A stretch of DNA of 43,345 bases from Frankiales bacterium (GTDB taxonomy: Bacteria > Actinomycetota > Actinomycetes > Mycobacteriales > SCTD01), in contig JAYUBO010000198.1 in assembly GCA_043740815.1 (NCBI GenBank), positions 1-43,345 on the forward strand. Direction: 5' to 3'. The position numbers and the translations under genes were made by a program. This document shows positions 36,773 to 43,345 of the stretch, one piece after another (position 1 is the first letter of the stretch; every line of letters begins with the position of its first letter). The notes beneath the pieces were generated by a model, which searched no databases, was not told the origin of the DNA, and worked only from the letters and a program-made list of their open reading frames with translations.

Positions 36773-37678
36773 ATGCGCAAGCTTGACCCGAGCGAGCTCT
36801 ACGAGCTGGACCCCGACCGTCCCGACGTCTCCGGTGCCGTCCTCGTGCAGGCCCTGGACGGCTTCATCGACGCCGGCGGTGCCCGCAAGCTCGCCTCACA
36901 GCACCTTTTGGACACCCTGGACAGCACCGTGGTGGCGCGCTTCGACCACGACCAGCTGTTCGACTACCGGGCCCGCCGGCCGATCATGGTCTTCGCCAGG
37001 GACCACTGGGAGTCCTACGACACTCCCCAGCTGGCCCTGCACCTGCTCCACGACCTCGCCGGCAACCCCTTCCTCGTGCTCGCCGGCCCTGAGCCGGACG
37101 TGCAGTGGGAGCGCTTCGTGGCCGCTGTCGAGCAGCTCTGCAAAGTCCTCGGCGTACGACGGAGCATCGGACTGAACGCCATCCCCATGGGTCTGCCCCA
37201 CACCCGACCGGTCGGGGTCATCGCACATGGCGTGCCACGGTCGCTGGTCGAGGGCTACGAGCCGTGGGTCGAGACCGTCCAGGTACCGGCGTCGGCGGGC
37301 CACCTGCTCGAGTTCCGGCTCGCGGAGGCCGGCTACGAGGCGATGGGGTTCGCCGTACACGTGCCGCACTACGTCGCCCAGAGCAGCTATCCGGCGGCGG
37401 CGGCGCAGCTGGTGCGTGAGGTCGCCAAGAGCGGGGGCCTCGACCTGCCGGTCGACGCGCTGGACGCCGCGGCGCTGGCCACCCGCGAGGCCCTGGACGA
37501 GCAGGTCGCCGGCGCCCCCGAGGTCGCCGAGGTCGTCCGACAGCTCGAAGAGCAGTACGACGCATTTCTGCGCGGCCGCACCGAGCACGATGCGATCGCG
37601 GAGTCCGACCTGCCCACCGCCGACGAGCTCGGTGCCGAGCTCGAGCGTTTCTTGGCCCAGCAGCCGCCCCGCGACTGA
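36773..37678 (+). CDS. PAC2 (proteasome assembly chaperone 2-like) family protein
   Basis: 301 aa. The segments LVQALDGFIDAGGA, FDYRARRPIM, LAGPEPDVQWERF and NAIPMGLPHTRP are typical of actinobacterial PAC2 proteins. Confidence 0.8.
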   Translation: MRKLDPSELYELDPDRPDVSGAVLVQALDGFIDAGGARKLASQHLLDTLDSTVVARFDHDQLFDYRARRPIMVFARDHWESYDTPQLALHLLHDLAGNPFLVLAGPEPDVQWERFVAAVEQLCKVLGVRRSIGLNAIPMGLPHTRPVGVIAHGVPRSLVEGYEPWVETVQVPASAGHLLEFRLAEAGYEAMGFAVHVPHYVAQSSYPAAAAQLVREVAKSGGLDLPVDALDAAALATREALDEQVAGAPEVAEVVRQLEEQYDAFLRGRTEHDAIAESDLPTADELGAELERFLAQQPPRD

Positions 37679-37686
37679 CCTCGGTC

Positions 37687-38808
37687 CTAGCCGGTCGGCG
37701 AGGCGCTCAGGCCGGTGCAGGAGCGCAACTGCTGCCAGGCCGCGACCGCTCGGTCGGGTGAGCTGAGCGCGCGGGGCGTGCCCCCGCTGATGACGGCAGG
37801 CGTCCACCGTGACTGCTCGACGGTGCGGCCGCGCAGGGTGAGGGTGAGCACGCCGGAGACGGCCTGCGGACCTGGGCGGGCGTAGAAGGCGAAGTTGCCC
37901 AACCCGTAGTCCACGTAGGTCTGTCCCAGGTAGCCCGCGCCCTGCAGGACGTGCGCATGTGAGCCCACGACGACGTCGGCGCCGGCCTCGGACAGCTGGT
38001 GGGCGAGGCCTTGCTGGGTGCCGCTCGGGCAGCTCGTACGCTCCTCGCCCCAGTGCAGGTAGACGACGACCACGTCCGCCTCGGCACGTGCGGCCCTGAC
38101 CGCCTGGAGCGTCCGCGACACGTCTTTCGCGGACGCGAGCCCGGCCTTGTCCGGACCAGCCGTCCACGCCGTCCGGACCGCGTCGTCCAGGACCTGCGTG
38201 GCTCCGAGGAACGCAACCCGCGTCCCCCGCACCGTGAACACCTTCGCCCGGTACGCCGCGTGATCGTCCCTCCCGACCCCGACGACGGGGAAACCTGCCG
38301 TGCGGGCCGCGTCGAGGGAGTCCTGCAGGCCGACCGGCCCGTAGTCGATGCCGTGGTTGTTTGCCCCCGTCACCACGTCGATGCCGGCGCCCCGGAGGGC
38401 GGTGAACGCGGACGGGGGCGCGCGGAACACGAACTGCTTGCTCACCGGCGTACCACGGGTGGTGATCGCGGTCTCGAGGTTGACCATGGCGAGGTCGGAG
38501 GCGGAAAGGACCGAGCGCAAGGGACCGATCGCGGTAGCAGGGTCGTTCGCCAGGCGGCCGGCAAGGACTCCTTGGAAGTGGACGTCGCCAGCAAACGACA
38601 CGGTCAGCTTGCCTGTGCTGCTGGTGCTCGGCCGGCGCGAGGGTGTGGGCGAGGGTGTGTGCGCCGGGGTTCGTGGAGCGGCCGCCTGGGTCTGCGCGGA
38701 CGAGGGCAGGCTGCGCGTGGTTGGTGAGCCGGCGGAGCAGGCAGCGAGCGTCACCGGAAGGGCGAGCGCGGTCGCGGTCAGCAGGCGACGAGACCGCGGC
38801 GAGAGCAC
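37687..38808 (-). CDS. CapA family (PGA_cap metallophosphatase-like) lipoprotein
   Basis: 373 aa with a GTG start. Signal peptide with lipobox TLAACSAG. Contains FAGDVHF, NLETAIT, GANNHGIDYG and HWGEE. Confidence 0.85.
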   Translation of the reverse strand: MLSPRSRRLLTATALALPVTLAACSAGSPTTRSLPSSAQTQAAAPRTPAHTPSPTPSRRPSTSSTGKLTVSFAGDVHFQGVLAGRLANDPATAIGPLRSVLSASDLAMVNLETAITTRGTPVSKQFVFRAPPSAFTALRGAGIDVVTGANNHGIDYGPVGLQDSLDAARTAGFPVVGVGRDDHAAYRAKVFTVRGTRVAFLGATQVLDDAVRTAWTAGPDKAGLASAKDVSRTLQAVRAARAEADVVVVYLHWGEERTSCPSGTQQGLAHQLSEAGADVVVGSHAHVLQGAGYLGQTYVDYGLGNFAFYARPGPQAVSGVLTLTLRGRTVEQSRWTPAVISGGTPRALSSPDRAVAAWQQLRSCTGLSASPTG

Positions 38809-38864
38809 TCGTGGACGCTACCCCGGGGCGGTGGAGCGGCAGGGGGACTGTCCTGGGCGGCTCC

Positions 38865-38870
38865 TAGGAT
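38865..38870 (+). promoter_or_regulatory. Candidate -10 hexamer TAGGAT for a leaderless pcrA transcript
   Basis: TAGGAT ends 6 nt before GTG 38877, with no SD. Confidence 0.3.
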
Positions 38871-38876
38871 GGGGCC

Positions 38877-41135
38877 GTGTCGACCCTTCCCTTCGAGAGC
38901 CCCGTGCTGACCTCTCAGGTGGCGCGGCTGCTCGAGGGGCTCAACCCGCAGCAGCGGCTGGCCGTCGTGCACGAGGGCAGCCCCCTGCTGGTCGTCGCCG
39001 GGGCCGGGTCGGGCAAGACGAAGGTCCTCACCACCCGGGTCGCCTACCTGCTTGCGGCCCGCGAGGTGCAGCCCGGTGAGGTCCTCGCGATCACCTTCAC
39101 CAACAAGGCCGCCGGCGAGATGAAGGAGCGGGTCGCCGCGCTGGTGGGTCGCCGCGCACATGCGATGTGGGTCAGCACCTTCCACTCCGCCTGCGTGCGG
39201 ATCCTGCGTGCCGAGGCCAAGAAGCTCGGGTTCACGACGACCTTCAGCATCTACGACCAGGCTGACGCGCAGCGGCTCATGACCCTTGTCTGTCGTGACC
39301 TCGACCTCGACCCGAAACGCTTCCCGGCTCGGCAGCTGAGCAACCAGGTGAGCGACCTCAAGAACGAGCTGGTCGACGCCGACGCGGCGGCGAGCACCGC
39401 GACCAACAGCCACGAGCAGCTGCGTGCCGAGGTCTACAAGCTGTACCAGCAGCGCTTGCGCGAGGCCAACGCCATGGACTTCGACGACCTGATCATGACG
39501 ACGGTGACGCTGTTGCAGGCGTTCCCCGACGTGGCCGAGCACTATCGGCGGCGCTTCCGGCACGTCCTGGTCGATGAGTACCAGGACACCAACCACGCGC
39601 AGTACACGCTCGTGAAGGAGCTCACGCAGCCGGTCGGTCCGCTGCCGGCTGCGGAGTTGTGCGTCGTCGGCGACGCCGACCAGAGCATCTACGCCTTCCG
39701 GGGCGCCGACATCCGCAACATCATGGACTTCGAGCTCGACTACCCCTCAGCCGCCGTGGTGCTGCTCGAGCAGAACTACCGCTCGACCCAGCGGATCCTG
39801 ACCGCCGCCAACGCGGTGATCGCCAAGAACGAGGGGCGCAAGGACAAGCGCCTGTGGACCGACGCCGGCGATGGTGACCTGATCGTCGGCTACGTCGCCG
39901 ACAACGAGCACGACGAGGCCGCGTTCGTGGCCGAGGAGGTCGACTCACTCGTCGATGCGGGAGCGCAGCCGTCACATGTGGCGGTTTTCTACCGCACCAA
40001 CGCGCAGTCTCGGGTGTTCGAGGAGGTCTTCATCCGGGTCGGCCTGCCGTACCGGGTTGTCGGCGGCGTCCGGTTCTATGAGCGCAAGGAGGTCCGCGAT
40101 GCACTGGCCTACCTGCGGGTGCTCGCCAACCCCGCCGACACGGTCAGCCTGCGCCGTGTCCTCAACACCCCCAGGCGCGGGATCGGGGACCGGGCGGAGG
40201 CCTGCATCGAAGCGTTCGCCAGCCGTGAGCGGATCCCCTTTGCGGCCGCTCTGCAACGCTTCGACGAGGTGCAGGGGATGGCGGTCCGCAGCGCGAAGGC
40301 GGTCCAGGAGTTCGTCGACCTGATGGATGAGCTGCGGGCTTTGGTCGAGGGCAGGATGCCACCGGCTGAGGTGCTCGAGGCCGTCCTGGACCGCACCGGC
40401 TATCTCAAGGAGCTCGCCGAGTCCACCGACCCGCAGGACGAGTCCCGCGTGGAGAACCTCTCCGAGCTGGTCGGCGTGGCCCGGGAGTTCGAGGAGCGTT
40501 TCCCCGAGGGCGGTGTCAGCGAGTTCATGGAGCAGGTGTCGCTGGTCGCGGACGCCGACCAGATCCCTGACGCTGATGGCACGGGGGGCGTCGTGACGCT
40601 CATGACGCTGCACGCCGCCAAGGGCCTGGAGTACCCCGTGGTGTTCCTCACCGGCCTCGAGGACGGCGTGTTCCCGCACTTGAGGGCGCTCGGGGACCCC
40701 GGCGAGTTGCAGGAGGAGCGTCGGCTCGCCTACGTCGGGATCACCCGCGCCCGCGAGAAGCTGTACGTCAGCCGGTCCCACCTGCGGTCGGCTTGGGGTC
40801 AGACGTCGTACAACCCACCCTCGAGGTTCCTCGACGAGCTGCCCGAGCACCTGCTGGACTGGCGCCGCCCCGCCTCCACCGTCGCGTCCACCCCTGCCCT
40901 GAGCCGCGCTGCGGCCCGGGTCGCCTCGAGCGCCTCGCGGGCCCGCAGCGCCCCCGGGCTCCGGCCGATCCCGAACCTGGAGGTGGGCGACCGCGTCACG
41001 CACGACGCCTTCGGTCTCGGCCTCGTCACCGCCACCCGCGGTGCGGCCGACTCCGCCCAGGCGGAGGTCGACTTCGGCACCGGTACCGGCGTGAAATGGC
41101 TGCTGTTGCGCTACGCGCCCCTGGAAAAGCTGTAG
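38877..41135 (+). CDS. pcrA: ATP-dependent DNA helicase PcrA/UvrD1 (SF1A)
   Basis: 752 aa. Contains AGAGSGKT (motif I), DEYQDTN (motif II), LEQNYRST, TLHAAKGLEYPVVF and VGITRAREKL. It is followed by a convergent M23 peptidase gene, as I recall for uvrD1 in mycobacteria. Confidence 0.95.
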   Translation: MSTLPFESPVLTSQVARLLEGLNPQQRLAVVHEGSPLLVVAGAGSGKTKVLTTRVAYLLAAREVQPGEVLAITFTNKAAGEMKERVAALVGRRAHAMWVSTFHSACVRILRAEAKKLGFTTTFSIYDQADAQRLMTLVCRDLDLDPKRFPARQLSNQVSDLKNELVDADAAASTATNSHEQLRAEVYKLYQQRLREANAMDFDDLIMTTVTLLQAFPDVAEHYRRRFRHVLVDEYQDTNHAQYTLVKELTQPVGPLPAAELCVVGDADQSIYAFRGADIRNIMDFELDYPSAAVVLLEQNYRSTQRILTAANAVIAKNEGRKDKRLWTDAGDGDLIVGYVADNEHDEAAFVAEEVDSLVDAGAQPSHVAVFYRTNAQSRVFEEVFIRVGLPYRVVGGVRFYERKEVRDALAYLRVLANPADTVSLRRVLNTPRRGIGDRAEACIEAFASRERIPFAAALQRFDEVQGMAVRSAKAVQEFVDLMDELRALVEGRMPPAEVLEAVLDRTGYLKELAESTDPQDESRVENLSELVGVAREFEERFPEGGVSEFMEQVSLVADADQIPDADGTGGVVTLMTLHAAKGLEYPVVFLTGLEDGVFPHLRALGDPGELQEERRLAYVGITRAREKLYVSRSHLRSAWGQTSYNPPSRFLDELPEHLLDWRRPASTVASTPALSRAAARVASSASRARSAPGLRPIPNLEVGDRVTHDAFGLGLVTATRGAADSAQAEVDFGTGTGVKWLLLRYAPLEKL

Positions 41136-41157
41136 CCGACCGTAGGTCGCGCGCAGG

Positions 41158-41841
41158 TCAGACGTGGACGCCGTGGGCGGCGAGCCAGGCCCGCGGGTCG
41201 ACCTGGCCGCTGTGAGTCTCGGTGCGGATCTCGAAGTGCAGGTGCGCGCCGGTGACGTGCCCGGTCGCGCCGGCGTACCCGATCAGCTGGCCCGCCCGGA
41301 CATGATCGCCGAGGTGCACCACCGTCCGCGACTGGTGCGCGTAGGCACTGACGATGCCGCCGACGTGGCGAATCAGGGTGATCTGGCCGTAGCCGCCCTC
41401 CTCGCTCTGCTCGCCGACCCCGACGATGACGCCGTCGCCGATCGCGTACAGGGGATCGCCGTAGGACGCGGCAAAGTCGATCCCTTTGTGCATCCGCCCC
41501 CAACGCAGCCCGTAGGCACTGTTGACGCCCGCCGCGCAGGGCCGCATCCACGTGATGGGGCGCGGCGTGATCTTTGGGGGTGCGACCCGCGGGACCCGCG
41601 CGGGCTTGGCGGGCAGGGGTCGGTTGCGGGTGGCGCGCAGCTCGATGACGCGCGGAGCCATGACGAGAAGGGCGCGGCCGTCAGCCTCCCGGTCCGCGGC
41701 GACCACGGCGTTCGTCGGCGCGACAAGCGACGAGGGCGGCGCCGCGCCGGCCAGAGCGACGACGCAGGCGCCGACGAACAGGCCGCGGGCGAGCAGGGGT
41801 GCGCGGGGGCAGGCAGCAAGGACGCGCCGGGCGTGGGTCAT
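41158..41841 (-). CDS. M23 family metallopeptidase (secreted)
   Basis: 227 aa with an N-terminal signal-like segment. Contains HKGIDFAA, GYGQITLIRH and GATGHVTGAHLHFE (HxxxD/HxH zinc motifs). Confidence 0.9.
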   Translation of the reverse strand: MTHARRVLAACPRAPLLARGLFVGACVVALAGAAPPSSLVAPTNAVVAADREADGRALLVMAPRVIELRATRNRPLPAKPARVPRVAPPKITPRPITWMRPCAAGVNSAYGLRWGRMHKGIDFAASYGDPLYAIGDGVIVGVGEQSEEGGYGQITLIRHVGGIVSAYAHQSRTVVHLGDHVRAGQLIGYAGATGHVTGAHLHFEIRTETHSGQVDPRAWLAAHGVHV

Positions 41842-41903
41842 GGCGAAAAGGGGGCTTCCAGTCAGGGCGCCGTCCGCGCGGACTCGTGCGACGAGCGGCG
41901 TCG

Positions 41904-41922
41904 ACCGCGCCTCAGGCGCGGT
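41904..41922 (-). terminator. Stem-loop downstream of the lipase gene / in the M23 5' region
   Basis: ACCGCGCC-TCA-GGCGCGGT forms a perfect 8-bp stem with a 3-nt loop. A second 12-bp palindrome, GTCCGCGCGGAC, lies at 41872-41883. No U-tract is present. Confidence 0.3.
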
Positions 41923-42017
41923 TCGTTATCACAACGTTATCCGACCAGCCCGCTTACCGCAAAGATGTCGCCGAGGGGAGGCCCGCGACGCGGCCGATGG
42001 GGTGCCTTCCCTCGCGG

Positions 42018-42995
42018 CTACTGCGCAGCAGTACGCCGGATGCGAAACCGTCCACGCGCTGGCACCGAAAGCCCTGCGGCGACGGGGACCGCGTCGATCG
42101 GGGTGACGCCTGCGGTGACGGTCGAGCCGTCCTCGTCGAGGTGCGCGAGCGCCGCGGCGATCTCCCGGACAACCCGGCCGTCGATGGGCAGCGACATGTG
42201 CCCGACGCCCCGCAGCAGGACGTTGCGGGCCAGCAGGTCCGGGTGGTCGATCCGGGCGGAGGTCTTCGGGACGATCAGCTGGTCGAGGTCGCTCCAGAAG
42301 GCGATGAACCGGGTGCGCAGACCGGGGCAGGGCTCGGCGAGCTCGAGCATCACATCGGAGCCGGGGCGCAGCTGCTTGACGACCTTCTGGGGCATCAGGT
42401 GCGCGGCCAAGGTGCCTTTGTGTGGGGAGCCGAGGGTGCAGACGGTGTGGACGCGTGCGTCACCGCCGAGTCGCTGCACGTAGTAGCGGGCGATGACTCC
42501 CCCGAGTGAATGGCCCACAACGTGGACCCGCTCGTAGCCGGTCTCCTCGCAGGTCTTCTCGACCAGGATGGCCAGGCGGGTCGCGACGCTGCGAATGTCC
42601 TGCGTGAAGGGGCTGTAGTTCAGCGTGAGGACCCTCCCGAACCCGCGCCGGCGCAAGGCCCGCCGCAGCAGGGTGAAGATCGACCGGTTGTCGACCAGAC
42701 CGTGGACCAAGATGATCGGTGTGCCGGCAGCGACGACGTCGCCCATGAGCAGACCTCGCTGCAGCGGCGGCAGGTCACTGAGGGTGAACCGGTCCAGCTC
42801 CTCACGGCCGCGCTCGCGGCGCCTCTCGGTCGACATCGCCAGCGGGTAGAGCGCGCCGTGCGCAGTGATCCAGGCCAACTCGGTGGCAGCGCCGCGCAGG
42901 CCGGCCGGGGTGCACACGGTCTCGACGCCCCGCCTGGTCGAGCGCGCAGCCCGTTGCAGCCTGGGCCGGGGGTCGAGCACGGGGCAGTCCTCCAC
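42018..42995 (-). CDS. Esterase/lipase family alpha/beta hydrolase
   Basis: 325 aa with a GTG start. Contains PIILVHGLVDN, the nucleophile elbow GHSLGG and LGSPHKGT. Confidence 0.8.
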   Translation of the reverse strand: MEDCPVLDPRPRLQRAARSTRRGVETVCTPAGLRGAATELAWITAHGALYPLAMSTERRRERGREELDRFTLSDLPPLQRGLLMGDVVAAGTPIILVHGLVDNRSIFTLLRRALRRRGFGRVLTLNYSPFTQDIRSVATRLAILVEKTCEETGYERVHVVGHSLGGVIARYYVQRLGGDARVHTVCTLGSPHKGTLAAHLMPQKVVKQLRPGSDVMLELAEPCPGLRTRFIAFWSDLDQLIVPKTSARIDHPDLLARNVLLRGVGHMSLPIDGRVVREIAAALAHLDEDGSTVTAGVTPIDAVPVAAGLSVPARGRFRIRRTAAQ

Positions 42996-43090
42996 GAAGG
43001 TCGTCCGGACATCACGAACCTTAGGACATCGCTCCTACCCGACGTGACGCAAACCACACGCTGTGTTCATCAAGCGGGGACTGTCACGTT

Positions 43091-43345
43091 TTAGAGAGCA
43101 CCCGGGATCGGGCCGGACCAGCGCGAATGTCGCCGGCCACGACGGACGTCACCTGAGCCGGACACCAGCGCCGCCAGCCGAGCAGCCACGTCGCCGGGCG
43201 TCACGAGCGCGTCCGCGAAGCCGAGGGCCAGCAGGTCGGCGGGCACGATCCGCATCTGGTCGGCGCAGTTCTCGCGCGACATGCGTAGTGCTGCCTGTGC
43301 CCCCTCCGGCCCGATTGCCGCGAAGTAGGCCTCGTCGGTCACGAG
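43091..43345 (-). CDS. Acetyl-CoA carboxylase carboxyltransferase (AccA-like), C-terminal end (5' part outside window)
   Basis: The frame reads ..EAYFAAIGPEGAQAALRMS....ADQMRIVPADLLALGFADALV, which resembles the AccA segment Y.SVISPEGCASILW...A...M.I....L..L...D.I. The M shown in the ORF track is only the window edge. Confidence 0.5.
   Translation of the reverse strand, partial: LVTDEAYFAAIGPEGAQAALRMSRENCADQMRIVPADLLALGFADALVTPGDVAARLAALVSGSGDVRRGRRHSRWSGPIPGAL

Noticed and set aside
37687-38808. CapA together with the nearby Mur-ligase-type genes as a poly-gamma-glutamate (CapBCA/PgsBCA) system.
   Set aside because: No CapB/PgsB-type or CapC gene is adjacent. CapA is on the opposite strand, about 4 kb from the ligase cassette. 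Stand-alone CapA-family lipoproteins are common in actinobacteria.
38877-41135. The helicase as part of a defence system.
   Set aside because: It has the full PcrA/UvrD1 motif set, and the helicase-M23 peptidase synteny is the housekeeping arrangement. No nuclease, methylase or ATPase partner genes are nearby.
41842-42017. Possible ydaO-type (cyclic-di-AMP) riboswitch upstream of the M23 peptidase, as is often found before cell-wall hydrolase genes in actinobacteria.
   Set aside because: I could not find the conserved blocks I remember for this motif (GGGGUGAAUC-like and CCCGAACCCG.CAGCUAAC-like segments). Only generic GC hairpins are present. An Rfam scan would settle it.

Overview
High-GC, gene-dense window, almost certainly from an Actinomycetota chromosome; this is judged from codon style and from guaB-guaB3-guaA and pcrA-M23 peptidase synteny, and no database was searched. 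All starts were chosen by eye from the ORF track and the sequence. Core genes: guaB 3' end, guaB3-type paralog, guaA, glutathione peroxidase, an ECF sigma/YCII pair, PIG-L deacetylase, PAC2, CapA, pcrA, M23 peptidase, lipase, and an AccA-like carboxyltransferase fragment. Accessory blocks: (1) 5.3-16.3 kb is a divergently organised island with a SorC regulator, a BKACE (DUF849) enzyme, two hydrolases, a CUT2-type ABC importer with two permeases, and PepD. (2) 16.3-19.8 kb is a decay zone holding remnants of a 2-oxoacid dehydrogenase operon, an intact HAD-IIA hydrolase, a broken IS110 transposase and a NERD fragment. (3) 23.3-35.9 kb is the most interesting part. It contains a cphB-cphA cyanophycin operon, a convergent CphA paralog with the N and Mur-ligase domains but no ATP-grasp domain, and a tightly coupled four-gene cassette: Ddl-like, alpha/beta hydrolase, MurF-family ligase with a polytopic membrane N-terminus, Ddl-like. 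That cassette is followed by an overlapping acVLRF1-like release-factor-fold gene, a UbiA prenyltransferase and a small membrane protein. Five ATP-dependent amide ligases within about 10.5 kb suggest an uncharacterised membrane-associated peptide or amino-acid-polymer pathway. I saw no rRNA, tRNA or CRISPR array. Several genes look leaderless, with a TANNNT hexamer 6-7 nt upstream of the start codon. Many long antisense ORFs in the track are GC artefacts.
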